DNA from: Klebsormidium nitens
Taxonomy: Eukaryota > Plantae > Klebsormidiophyceae
Direction: 5' to 3'
Length of the DNA stretch: 64,000 nt
Assembly: GCA_000708835.1 (NCBI GenBank)
Contig: DF236963.1
Location: 248,001-312,000 of the forward strand
A program made the translations under genes and the position numbers. Shown piece by piece: positions 24,301-36,318 of the stretch. The notes under the pieces are model-generated. The model ran no database searches. It saw nothing but the letters and a program-made list of their open reading frames with translations, and had not been told where the DNA came from. Numbering within the stretch: position 1 is the stretch's first letter; the number at the start of each line of letters is the position of its first letter.

Positions 24301-27162
24301 CGTGTCTGTCGCTGGCGTCATCCTCCGACCGGGACCACCAGGGCGCCTTTGTCGTGGGCACGGAGGGCGGAGCCGTCTTTCGGTGCCTCATGCGTCACAA
24401 TGACGTCATGGTGGCGGACTTGGCGCAGAAAGTGGGCACCCCAGGTGAGCGAACTAGACTGGCACATTCTGGACAAACGAGGACCGCGTGAGCGCCTGCT
24501 TTAGCATCGGAAGTCGGCTGACATTTCAACTTTTCCCCAGAGCTCGTGGTTGCATTTAGAGCATTTAGAGCAAATGCGGTCTGGTGAATTTCGACCTGGC
24601 TACAATCAAGGCGTCCTTGTTGGAGTTTGAAACGCAATGTACTGAGATCCGTTCGCCGAAGGAGCTGAAAGTCCTCTTTAATTGGTGAAACTCGAACTAT
24701 GACGCAGTCGGCACTGCAGGTCGACGCATTTTGTCGAACCCGTCGCAAACAGACTATGAAATGGTCGAGAGCCACTTGCAAGAGACCTTCACGTATTAGC
24801 AAGTTCACTGATCGGAGTGCGGAAGTCTAGGCTAGCAGTTTGTGAGATTGGACTTTGCTTCCTCTTCTCAAAGGTCCAAAGGCTAAAAAGTTTCTGTATA
24901 GGCTTGCGAACCACAAGCTCGGAAAGTGTCACCATGCACATCTGAAGGAACTAGATTGAGCTGAACAAGAAACGCCTCAAAGAATCCTATAAAAAGAGAG
25001 ATTGTAAGTCAAGAAGGCGATGTTAAAAGAGGTACCGCTCACCATTTTCGCACTCCGTCCGACAGTGTCGCCGGGGGATCCCTCGCTGAAGCTCAAGTCC
25101 CCGGTGCGCTCCGAGTTCGTGCCCCACGTGGGCGCGGTGCGCGCGGCCGCGTGCTCGCCGTTCCAGCGGAACCTCTTCCTCACCGCCGGAGCGGACGGAA
25201 GCCTCCGGATCTATAGCGTCCTGCAGGCAAGCTCTCGCTCTAATCCTTTTCAAGGCATAAAGCAGATTCTCGTGATATGGAAGTTGAAGGAGGAAGTAAA
25301 CCGACTCTCTGATCCGGCCTACGCTCTTTCGCTTCGTTACTTACTGAATCCAAACACGGCCGCCTCCGAATTACAATGTTTTGGCAGGCAAGCTCTCGCG
25401 GTTTTCTCTTTTCAGCTGTTTCGAGCTAAAACGCAAGGACTGAGGTACGAAGAAGGAAGAGAAAGAGAAGGGGCCCCATCAGCCGGCCTCTGCTTCTCTG
25501 TTTCTTATTTCGAATAAGTGGCAAGTGGGCGCCCTGTAGTCGAGCTCCCGTCCTTTCTGTTGCTTCTGCAAGATACAAGCGAGAAAAACTCCAAGAATGA
25601 GGTGGACAAGATCCGATCGCTCTTTTTGTCGCTCAAGAAAAAAACGCGAGGTCTTCCTTAGCGCCCAGCGTTACGGCCCTTGCAGGCCAAGCCCCTTTTG
25701 CACCTCGCGCCCTCTCAGCGCGCGCTCACGGCCGCTCAGTGGTCCCGTTCTGGCCACCACCATCGGTTTCTTGAGAAAGCGTAATGCAAGGTTTCCTTAA
25801 CCCCAGTTGTTACGGCCCTTGCAGGCTAAGCCCTTGTTACACCTGGCGCCCTCTCAGCGCGCGCTCACGGCCGCGCAGTGGTCCCCGTTCCGACCGCTGG
25901 TGGTAGCGACCGCCGCCGCCGACGGCCACGTCCACTTTTACGATCTGCAGGTGGGTTGAGCAGAAGTGCAGGAGGGCTACGTAAACGTGCATGTGGGTTG
26001 AAAGCGAAGTTGCAGAACGGGGAGGCGTCGCCGCCGCGCCAGCGGCGGTAATCCTGCAAGTTGGTTTGGGTAGATCTCTAGACGTTTTGAGTAGAGATCT
26101 ACAGGTGTGCTGAGCAGATCTGCAGGTGGGTCTGATAGACCTGCAGTTAGGTTAGCGTTTCGGCCGGAGGGGAAATGCGGAATTTCAACACCAAAGAGTA
26201 CGTGCACTTGTTCGTCTGCGCAAGCTCCAGGTTCGCGTTCCAAATCACTTGCCAATACTCACGGGCTATGCTCAACATTCTCTGTCGCCGGACCAAACGG
26301 TTCACCCCATCCTCGTCCGTTCTTTGATGCAGAGAAGCGTTTTGCAACCCTGCAAAAGCGTGCGGGTGCGGGAAAAGGGCCTGCCGGTTGAGGCGATGGC
26401 GTTCAATCCGAAGGCGCCCGATCGTTTCGCGGCCGCGGACGGCAGCACTTTGAAGGTCGGCCGTTTCATTTGCCTCGTCCTTTACTTTCTTCAAGGGGAC
26501 TTACAGGGTTGCTTACAGGGTTGAAGCGACGTCGGAAAGCGACCGTAACAGTCAGGGGGCCTGCTTGCAGGTCGCCGATAAGCAACGCTGTAACATTGCA
26601 GCGATGTTCAAGATCCATCCGTTCGTGCCGTTGTTCGACTGACGAGCCGAGAAGAAGAAAGCAAACCAAATGTGCCAATGTGTCTCAGGGCCCGCATCTG
26701 ACCGAAGCTTTGAAACTTTATTGCGGCTTGATCCACAGTCACACTGATCACCGAAATTAATGTGGTTCTCTATGACTTTCTCTGTGCCCTCGCATGTCTT
26801 CCGTGTTTCTCGAGCCCAGAGTGGCCACCAAGAAACGGGGCGAGAAGGTTCTGTTCTCTTGCTTCTTCGAAGATTGCTGGAAACCGCCTCCTACGCTTGG
26901 CTTGAGTTCCTCTCTGAGCGGTTTAAATATGAACGTTCCATTCTTTGGGGCCTCTCGTTTCGGGTTGGATGCTCACTGTCAGCAGCCGCCTTTGGTCTGA
27001 ATAAGTGACGGCTGCCTTTCGACGCTGCAGATCTTCTCGCTCGGAACCTCGTTCCAACTGGCCCGGCAATCAGAGGCGTCGCAGATCGACCGCTTAGAGC
27101 AACAAACGAACGTAACGTCGCAGGCTCGTATCCCGCCCGACGTCAACTTGCCGTCTGGTTGA
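18362..27162 (+). CDS. WDR34: WD40 intermediate chain of cytoplasmic dynein-2 / IFT dynein (WDR34/FAP133/DYNC2I2 orthologue)
   Basis: Exons 18362-~18519 (PSTWRASV..GAQTEVIE), 20210-20264 (LVVTGIAWNATGNVVAVS), 20817-20991 (YGRLDVRGWC..LCTWNV), 21574-21640 (AFHPTHPALIAGGTFNG), 22013-22104, 22349-22411, 23287-23357 (STDGKVLVWS), 23965-24014, ~24299-24444 (FVVGTEGG), 25066-25226 (CSPFQRNLFLTAGADG), 25825-25950 (WSPFRPLV), 26333-26455 and 27031-27162. Exons between 18520 and 20200 are unresolved. Confidence 0.88.
20462..20850 (+). repeat. 4-unit ~110-bp tandem array of intron end + acceptor + start of WDR34 exon 20817
   Basis: Core ggcggctggacgtccgtggctggtg at ~20494, 20605, 20718 and 20822 (the last is the real exon). 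Shared intronic motif ga(a/t)tgcg(c/g)tcct before each unit. Confidence 0.9.
25671..25890 (+). repeat. Duplicated acceptor + first ~60 nt of WDR34 exon 25825 (139-nt period)
   Basis: ttacggcccttgcag|GC(C/T)AAGCCC... starts at 25686 (copy) and 25825 (real exon). Confidence 0.92.
25942..26150 (+). repeat. ~21-nt minisatellite derived from the exon end/donor GATCTGCAG|GTGGGT
   Basis: Real donor at 25951. Copies gatctacag|gtgtgctgagca (26097), gatctgcag|gtgggtctgata (26117) and gacctgcag|ttagg (26138), plus weaker ones at ~25963 and ~26051. Confidence 0.7.
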
Positions 27163-27249
27163 TCTGCACACGCCTGTCTGTCGCAACAACGGCATGTTGC
27201 TAATCGGGGACCGGTCATCACTTTTTGTCCGTAATTAAGTTCATCATGA

Positions 27250-28050
27250 ATCCGTCAACACCTGAACGTATTTCGCGATGCATGACCCTTTGACTGGTTC
27301 AAACTGCCCCCGCAGCTATCGTACTTAGCTAGCCTCGACCGCGGGCCCCCCATGCGTACGAAATTAAACAATACGTGTGAGTAAACCATGATTGATTCTG
27401 ACAACGTTGCATCATGCAATCTCCAAAGACTAGATTGCATTCCAATATGCAATAAAGTTTGCCATGTGGCGCATGGCCGCCCTGAAAGTAGTTGTACGCC
27501 TCATATGTGCGAATTTGATGATATAATTCGATGTCGCCCTTCCGATGGACTTCGACATATATGTGCAGCCATGAGCATGTGGTTAACATTCTTGGCATGG
27601 ACACCAAGGTATGCGTGAGCTGCGCTCATGCATATGTGCAGTTGCACGCATGTGAACGGCTCGTGGGGCCGCCAGACATGATATGATCGCGACGGCCTGG
27701 TATCGGCTACAGCTATGCATGCTTGTGCAACGTACATGATAATATGTGCGTTGGCTGGCCGGTGCATGCACGCACGTACAGGTGCATGATCGGTACATCC
27801 CACCACCCAGCTAGATCATGATATACAGCTGCACGGGCATGCCATCAAATTGCATAATACATTACCGGTATGTGCAAGCCTGCAAACGTCCCAGGAATGT
27901 TGATTATAACTGGACGCCTATAGTTCACCAAATTGCGGGTCGCAACACCGGCCCAGCATGTAGCGTCGATCATTGCGCAATGTCCAAAGATATCGGCCCC
28001 TTGTATGCTGCCGAGTTGCAGTACTTATTTGGACTTGCCCTTACCATGAA
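27250..28050. other. CATG/TGCA-rich tract in convergent intergenic gap 2
   Basis: Dense catatgtgcag, atgcatgc, gtgcatgcacgcacgtac words, with no credible ORF. Confidence 0.55.
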
Positions 28051-28316
28051 AGCTAATTCTGACTTACCAATGTGCTTGACGGCACGAAATGAATAGTTTA
28101 CAAATTGGGCAGCTCCCTATTTACTAGCGGTTTGCGCTCAGTCACGTCTACTTCAAAAGGAACCTCTTACGTAATTCTGGGGTGCCGTTCAACTGCAGTC
28201 TAAATAACTCTAAATAGTGCCAACGCGTTGAAGCAATCGCTTGATCTCAGCCCTCACTACTCTCTACACAGGCTAGAATTCAAGTCCCTCATCAGGTCGG
28301 ACTGATATGATACGGA

Positions 28317-29503
28317 TTACTTGACCGCCTTCTTGAAGTTCTCTCGATAAGCTTGTGAAACTATAAAGAGAACTGCAAGGATGGAAAGGACACGCGGATT
28401 GTGCAACTTCATTGTACCATGTTTGCTGATGCCAAAACCTTCACCTGAGGAATTATTTCCTTGAAAACAAGTGACCTTCGTAGAAGTTAACATGCTGAAC
28501 CATCTCAGATTTTTCCATCTTCTAACCTTTGTTACAATGTAAATTTTGGTGTCCAAGAAAAAGCATCTAAGCAGATTGTACAGTGGTTTTCCGAGGATCC
28601 TTGAGAGGAACCATGACGTGTTTCTCACCTGGCCACATGGCTGTTAGTGTGGTCTTTGAGGCACCTGAATCTGAGTACGTCGTCTTTGGGTATCCCCGCC
28701 AGAACCGAGTAGCTGCAAAAAGCTGTGCTTTGATACTCTTGACCACCCTTTTTGGTTTTCTTGTATTTACTATGAAGTGCAGCTAGCAGGAAGGTGGCTT
28801 GTCTTCAAAGCAAAGCAATGACCTTTATTGCAATACATCAGGTAGATGTCCAAGCTTAGCTGAAAGAGGAACTTAAGAGAGTTCAGATTCCGTCAAAAGT
28901 CAATCCATGTGGTTCATAACCTCAATACAACAGCCGACAAAAGTCACTGTTCACGGTGGTTCAGTTGACTCTCCACCCTTGCTTATCCATTATATGTTTG
29001 GTGTCATTCAAGGAACCAGTGCACGAAACAAACTTGATGTCAATCCTGAATTGCACTTCAGGGAGGTCCCGTGGTTCTTAGAAGCAAGCTGCCACCAGCA
29101 ACCCTGAAAATGGAGTACGCTGTGAAGCAAGGTCGTAGAACTAACCTCCAATTGCATACAGGGCCACCAACAATACAGGGTTCAAAACAAGGTTAGCAAG
29201 GGGCCCTAAAACTGGAATGCCTGATACAACAGGGAGGGCAGCTCGTATGGACGTTTGATGCCCACGTCTTGTCCGTTGCTCTTTTCTATGCTTGTGTAAG
29301 AATGTGGAGGAACCACTTAAGCTGGTGGCGCCGTTGAAAGTTGAACTGTGAGCAGTCAGTCTGCTGGCTAGGCGAGATGATCGCAGATGTTGCCCTTGTA
29401 AACACAAAAGGTGCGACGTGTGCCCCTGATTCCTGGACGCTTTTCTAATCATTTGACCTTGCAGGTCAGCCCCACACAGATGCTTACAGCATGCAACAGC
29501 CAT
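28317..29503 (-). CDS. Small plastid-targeted membrane protein resembling a conserved cyanobacterial/algal hypothetical protein
   Basis: Three in-phase exons 29503-29146, 28712-28629 and 28372-28317. Long transit peptide, then LNPVLLVALYAIGATRFWRGYPKTTYSDSGASKTTLTAMWPVLFIVSQAYRENFKKAVK. The YxxGxxxFWxGF..T..WP....YRxNFxKA pattern is recalled from cyanobacterial small membrane proteins. Confidence 0.7.
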
Positions 29504-29871
29504 GGTTGGGTCCAGGCAATGCTCAAAAAGTCAACAGCACCAATTCGAGAAAAAGAAGCAGCAGAAAGTGGGTGGCAGCTTTTGAATGTTGGATTGCTTG
29601 CTCCCTAGAGAATTGAATTTGCTAGAATGACCTGGCATGCATGGGAGATCGCAGGGAACATCAATCAGTGCTTGGTACCATTAGCGGATTTTCCGGGGCA
29701 GCTGCTGTGTGGTATTCTTCAGCCAGCCTCGGGGGCGTACGAGCACTTCTAGAAGGTCTTTTGCCTTGCATGAGAAGTGAGTCATGGCTGCTGTCCCAGC
29801 AGAACAACAGAAACCCAGTTGCGGTGGTTCTGCTTGTGGCGCTTGCATCTCTAGCTAGGGAGCTGGTGGAA

Positions 29872-32800
29872 ATGGCGGGCAAAGTAGCCCCTACGAACGG
29901 TAAACAGAAGGAGAAAGCAGCGCCAGAGAAGCCGAAAAAGGCAGCCCCCGCTGCAAACGGCTCTGCTGGACTCCTAGCAAACGCATACAACCCGCTTTCA
30001 GGCACGTTTCACTCGATGGAGTCTGGGGCGCCGGAGGCGCAGGAGAATGGGGGGTATAACATGTTTGAGGGAGGTCCAGGGCATGGGGATGCGTCCGACT
30101 CGGACTCAGATGATGAAAGGGATGAGGCAAACGGGGATGAGAAGCGAGCGGGAGGGGCGGCATTGGTGAGGTTCTTGGCTGTTCAAGCTTCTGCTCTAAT
30201 TGGAGGCCTGCTCCTTCCTCCTCTCTTCAATGAATTTATGGATTCATTTATCAGAAGTGGCCGGCCAGCTCCGAGTTCAAAATTTCTCCAGGCGATTGTT
30301 GCTGCCAGCTTCTAATTTCAGGGTTTGTAAATGGCAAGGAGCCGAAGAAGAGCCCCTTTTGGCAAATTAGCTGGCACCCGGTTAGAGCGGGCACCTGGCA
30401 CCTTCCAATCTTGGTTGGCAATGGTTGGATTGTGTATCTGAAAATAGCTTCCATCATGGTTTTTGTTGCGACTTTTTCTTGTTTTTGGGAATGGTCTCCT
30501 TTAATTGAAGTGTTAGAGCCTATAAAGCATAGGGTGCTAGTAACCAACTTGCTCTCTTGGAATACTTGTTGCAGCCTCTTTCTGGAGCGTCCTACTTGGT
30601 CTGAAACGTACTTCAGCGTCTAGATCTGCTTGCTCTTTGACAAACCATTGCCACTGTGTCCTTACAAACCCTATCTCATCGCTTTTTGAGGACCGAGCGC
30701 TACCTTCTTTTCTTCCTCTGAGATGCCGTTCTCTTCCTTCCTTTCTCGTAGAACAAGGATTGATGCTCAGCGCGAAATTGATTGCGAAGCTCTGAGTTGT
30801 GTGGTTTCTCTCTTTATTTATCTGCTTTAGTGGAGGTTGAATGCCTGTTGGCTGGCACCCTTGAGCACATGTGAACAATCAAGAATCCAGCATTACTCCA
30901 AAATGGTAGCAGTCCGTGAGCAACATTGTTCAAATTGAGTGGAGCTCCTGTGTTATGACTGGATTGTAGCAAGTCGCGGAAACCTCCTGACACTCGACCT
31001 CGCTTTTTGCGGCAACTCTGTTTTTGATTTCACCCGATTTTCCTCTGCGATTGATATGGAGTAGCAATCTGCTACGGTTGTCCACTTGAACACATGTCTA
31101 CTTTGTTTTCCAGATGAACGTTGGTCATGTTATCTTAGTTGTGGTGCTATTGTCGTTGCGTCACTGTTCTTTTGCCTGCCCTTATGAGAGACATCAGTGC
31201 TCCACTTTGTATGCCAGAGTCTTTGGCTGGGTAAGCCTGTGGTGTTTTGGAAGGGAAAGTGGTTGATCATTTCAAGGGCTCCGTTCTTGTGAACATTGTT
31301 TCCTCTTGTTTGGAGGTTGTCCTTTCCAATCTTGTGGTTGTGGAAGGATGCACTTTGTGTCAGAAGCGGGTATTTCCATTGACTTTTGAAATTGATTAGT
31401 CAAGGCATTCCTAGGCATCCCTCCTACACATGTCCAGTTCGAGAAAGATAAGTGAAGTTCGTTTTTCACCAGACTTCTGCCTCTTGGAGTCATTCGGTGA
31501 GGAAACCCTTGAACTCTTGTAAGCTCGCGTCTCTCAGCATTGCCTGCTCATTCTCCAACTGGTTTTCATGGTGAAGTTTGGCTTTTTCAATGGCTATTGG
31601 AGCTAGTTGTCTTGCAACAGATTGGAAAGGTTGAATTTGTGAAGCCTTTTGCTGTCAAGCCAGCGGTAGGGAAAGGCAAAAGATGAAGCAAGACAGGACA
31701 AGAACAGAAGCGTACATTTCAAGATACACCCAGAAGGTGGCAACAAACAATCTGCATTCCTCAACTCAAGACTTACTGAGTCAGACATTCCAGAAGGAAT
31801 GGATGGGTTTTGGGATGACGGGGCCTACTTATCTTGAGCAGGTCACTGAAATCAGATCATGTATCATTTTGAGCACACCCTGTAGTAAATGAACGTGACC
31901 TGCGGAGCATTTCGTCAAAGTCTGTCATCGCTTTTTGTCTACAGAAGGACAAAGAGTCGCGAGCCGACAAGCGGGATCGAGAAAAGATGCGCCTGCGCAA
32001 CGAGAAAAAGCACGCGCGACAGAAGGAGCGCCGCGCGCAGGAGTTGCGAGAAAAGTGTCTCTCGTTGCTTACGGCATGCAAGGTGGAGATGCTCGCGCTC
32101 CAGCTAGAAGCCATGGGTTTTCCAAAAGACCAGGCGGTTAAGGCCGTAACCATGCACGGCGGAAACCTAGAACGTGGCGTGTCCTGGCTGCTTGAAGCGG
32201 GGCCGGAAGTCGCCACGACGTCGGTAGACCCGGGGCAAGCGAAAGTCGACATAGCGGACGAGTTGGCGCGCGTGGTTGACGCCGAGATAAAATACGGCAT
32301 CTCTAGGGGCGAGGTGGAAAGAGTAGTCGTTGCAAGCGGGGGGGACTTGGACCGAGCAATGGAGTCGTTGGCGGCGCAGCATCCGGTGCAGTTGGCGGGG
32401 CCTCGGCCACCTCCGCCGGGGGGGGCTCCAAACGGCCCCCCTCGAGAGGGAGGGGGCGCCAGACCGGCGGCGGGCCCGGCACCACAGAGCAGCGCGCCGG
32501 GGCCGAGAGCACCGGGGGGGCAGCAAGCGCAGGCGGGGGGGCCGCAAGCGAACCCTCCTAGTGGTCCAGGTGGGGGGAATTGTATTCAGGAATGGATGTA
32601 AAAGACTCTTTCGTGTGGCGTTTTTGGGTTTCTCGTGACCAAGCTAAAAGCAAGCTGATATCGGTTGGGTCACCTGTCAGTATGTCCCTTGCGGGACGTA
32701 TTTGCTGCAGCGTGGAGGTTCGTTTGTCATCATCTGCTCATGCATCAGTCGATTTGGCAAGTCCATAATGGTAGTAGGAAGTAATTTGGCGTATTGGATG

Positions 32801-35066
32801 GCGAGCCAGGGGCTCCCGACGTTCATCGGCAGCTAGTTGACTAGCTCCACTGAAGGTGTCGTGTGTCAAGCCGCCTGCTCTCCAAGATGGTCCAAGCAAA
32901 GCACAGGTTATGTCGGTTTTTGAAACCGTTGGTTGTGCCCTGTGTTTTGTTGAAGACAGTTCCAGAGACACTGCTTACCTGCCTGTTCAGGTAGCGCGGG
33001 TTGGGCTCACAATGCGGGCGCTTCACCAAATCCTAGTTGGGGCACCCCTCCCTCCGCAAATACAGCTCGTCAAACATGGCAGGGGGGTCAGCAGCCCCCG
33101 CCGTCACAGGGTTTCGCACCCCCCTTTCCCCCTGCAAATGGTTCTCTCAACCCGGCATCGAGGCAACGGCCTGGGGTCCCAGGGGCTGTACCTAGCACAA
33201 ATGTTCCTCCGCAGGGGGTTGGTTTCAGTAGGCCGTCGGACCCCCAGCTTGGTCGGCAAGGCTACCCCCCGGAAGCGAGCCGTCCGGAAGCGCCCACTCA
33301 ACAGAGGCCCCCATATCAGCCGTACCCGTATCGGCCTCAGGCCTCGCAGCAACCGGGGGCCGGTCAATTGCAGTCGCAGCAGACGAGTGCCCTGCCCCCG
33401 CAAATGAACCGCCTGCAGGCGTCGCGCCCCGGGGGGGTCCTCCCGCCCCAGCAGCAGAGGCAGTTCCTGCCCCCCCACAGCGCGCCGCAGCCGCCGCCCT
33501 TCTCCCCCCTCCAGCAGCAACACCTGCAACAGCTGCAGCACCAACAGCTGTGGCAGCAGCAGCAGCAGCAAAAGGGGGGGGTGCTCTCTCCCCAGGGGGG
33601 TAGCTTCCAGCCTGGGGGGGTCAACAGCCAGGCGTTATTCTCGCGCCCGAACCTGCGCGCTTTTGGCCCTGGTCCAGGGGGTGCGGCGCCGGGCGTGGGG
33701 AGAGGGTTCCAGGGTTTGGATTTGCCTAAGTCGGGGTCGTCACTCTCGGCTGCAGCGGCCCCCTGGCCGGGGAGTCAGGGCAGTGGGGGCAACGGTGGTG
33801 CGTACAGTCAGATGGTAGGTCATGCGCACTACTGTGACATCCTTAGCTCTACCAGCCAGGACCTCGAGATGCGACTCTGATTTTAGTGCCCGGCTGTCCA
33901 ACCGTTTTGTGGAACTGGTGTGGAACGTCTTTTTCGATGGTGCAGGAGTTCCGAGTCTGCCCTTTCGTGATGTTACCACTAGGTTTGGTTTCTTTGGGTT
34001 TGCTCTTGTAGTGATGCTCACTGGAAGCAACGTTCAGAGCACTGGTGCTATCATCGTCTTCCTAGTATCTTTTTCGTTTGACGTAAGACGTTCTCAACAT
34101 GTTCTCCTTTGTATTGAAATAAAGAGTCCGTTTGAGGAGGCTTCGAACTTCGACCGGCTGGCCCTTTCGGCCTTCCAATCCTTTTCAACCGTCATGCACT
34201 TGCTTGGAAGCGGGTTCGAGTACCGTCCGTTGACTTGTTCGCTTGCCTCTCAGAACCCCCGCGGCGCATCGCCTGTGAGCAACCTCCCCCTCCGCCAGGG
34301 CTCATCCTCCGTTGCGCCCATCGGCCCCCCCCAGTCTCCCGGCAGCTCTTCCTCCCCCCACTCGCGGGGTTCCTCGTCGCCTCAGGCAGCGGGGGGCGCG
34401 TTTGGCAGCCCCATCTGGCCCCCTTCCAGCACGAATCCGGCCAGCTCCATCCTCTCGCCGACTTCCGCCTCTTGGGGGGGGTTGGGTCCTGGCTTGGGAG
34501 CGAGCACCGGACTTTCGCTCAGCGGATCGTCTGTAGATTGGAGCCTGCGGCCCAGCGCTGACAGGCCGAAAAGCGGAGGCGGCGCCGTAGACTGGAGCCT
34601 TCCAGGGGGGTCTGCCACGTCGGGTGTGGATTGGAGTTTGGGTGCGGGGAGCAGTGGCGCAGGGAGCGCGTTCGGTGGGTCGGCGGGAACGATTGGCAGC
34701 CTGAAGACCGGGTTTGGCGGGGCGTCGTCGCTCGCTTCCATATGGTCAAATGATAGGCCCGGCTCGGGGGGATCCCCCGGGGGGCTTGCAAACGGGCTAG
34801 GGGGGTTGGGGGTGCTCGGGGGGTCTGGTGCGGCAGCCAGTCGGTGGAACGCCGGCGAAATAGGGGCTAGCAAAGAGCTGGGCAGTGACGTGTGGGCCTC
34901 TTCGTCGGGTTTGCAAAAGGGGAAGGAGAGTAGCGGGTGGGAAACGCCGTTTGGTGGGAAAGATATCTTTCGGGGCGACGGAAACGGTGCGGCAGGTTTG
35001 GGGCTAGGAAATACGGAACAGGACGCGTCGGCTGCTGCGTTGTTGAACAATCTTTCTCTGCAATGA
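29872..35066 (+). CDS. Plant-type UBA-domain protein with Gln/Pro-rich middle and DWS-motif C-terminus
   Basis: Exons 29872-30165 (YNPLSGTFHSME), 31945-32569 (REKMRLRNEKKHARQKERRAQELREKC...LEAMGFPKDQAVKAVTMHGGNLERGVSWLL = UBA), ~32991-33813 and ~34253-35066 (VDWS x3). Matches the land-plant UBA family typified by Arabidopsis At2g26920/At5g12120 (recalled). Confidence 0.8.
33520..33572 (+). repeat. Coding CAG/CAA poly-Gln tract
   Basis: LQQQHLQQLQHQQLWQQQQQQK. Confidence 0.7.
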
Positions 35067-35308
35067 TCTACTTGGGTTTGTTTACTTCCATCGCCCTATG
35101 TTCACTGATTGGAGAGCAGTGTTCATCAAATGTGTTCGTATGTGGTTCCTTGATCATGCACCACTATGACAAGCAGGTTGGGGGGGTGATTGTTGCACTC
35201 ATCAGCTATGTAACCGCCTGCATCAAATGCCATGCATGGAAGTTGTCGGAATACATCCTTGCCATAAACTGAGTCCGGGTGCATAGGGTTATTGTTTTGA
35301 GCTAGGTC

Positions 35309-35445
35309 ACCGCAAACTCTGATCGAACCTAGCTCACCGCAGGACAGATGCAAATATTGTGTACATGAACGCGGAACCGCAAAGTCTGAGAACCTAGCTC
35401 ACCGCAGGACAGATGCAAATATCATTGTGTACATGAATGCGAGTC
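35309..35445. repeat. Imperfect ~65-bp tandem duplication downstream of UBA gene
   Basis: gaacctagctcaccgcaggacagatgcaaatat occurs at 35326 and 35390. Confidence 0.85.
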
Positions 35446-35449
35446 TAGT

Positions 35450-35800
35450 AACATTGAACGTCATGCAGCCAATCATCAATCAACAAAATCCGACATGCGT
35501 TACATGACAGCTATGAAATCCATCGATTGCCGCATGTGAAGTTGCATAATTTTAGAAGCTAGTTTCACATGATGTTTATATATGAAGTCCTGGCATGGGT
35601 TGCGCTTCACTTCTAAAGTTGCATACGTAGCTCGACAGCTTTTGACATTATAGTATCGTCGAGTATGCATGGCCGCCAGCATTCAAATTCCATGATCTGT
35701 CCACTGCAAACATATGCATGATCCAGCTATGTCTTGTGCAAAAGCTAGCTCCATCGAGTCGACTCTATCGACAAGTTTTCACTGCAAAAAGGCTGGCTTA
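35450..35800. other. CATG/TGCA-rich tract in convergent intergenic gap 3
   Basis: gacatgcgttacatg, gttgcatacgtagc, gtatgcatggcc and catatgcatgatcc words. Confidence 0.5.
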
Positions 35801-36318
35801 CATCGGGTTTCGGCTTATGCACAGCCAATGACTTTCAAATACGATACATCGACATACCAAACGGTGACTACTCAGACTGCGATCTCCTGATCGTTCAATA
35901 TCAAACGTACAAATCGGGAACGTTTGATCAGCAAGAACGCTCAACAAGAGTTTACATTACGAATGTTGATATGACGTTGACCTGATTCTTCTCTGTTACA
36001 AAAGCAACAGTATACGTTGGCAACAAGGATCCATATGCAGTCTTAATATGTACCTGCAAGGTCAACAAAGACCAGAGTACATCTCAACCATTGAGCCTGA
36101 AGACGTGATGAGGGCGGATCAGACTCGGTTGTACAGTCAGATGCTTCAATTTCGGCAAGCTATGATGGCAGTCACAAGGTGGCAATATGAAGACCATGTG
36201 ACAAGCTCAACACGAACAATCTCATCACAAAAGCCTATTTATTGTACCAATCTGATTACTTCGTCGTTGCACATCGAACAACAGCTGAGTGCTCACCTCC
36301 AATATCATTGTCGGACCT

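Noticed and set aside
18362-27162. Flagellar dynein gene as a novelty
   Set aside because: WDR34 is expected in streptophyte algae that retain flagellated stages.
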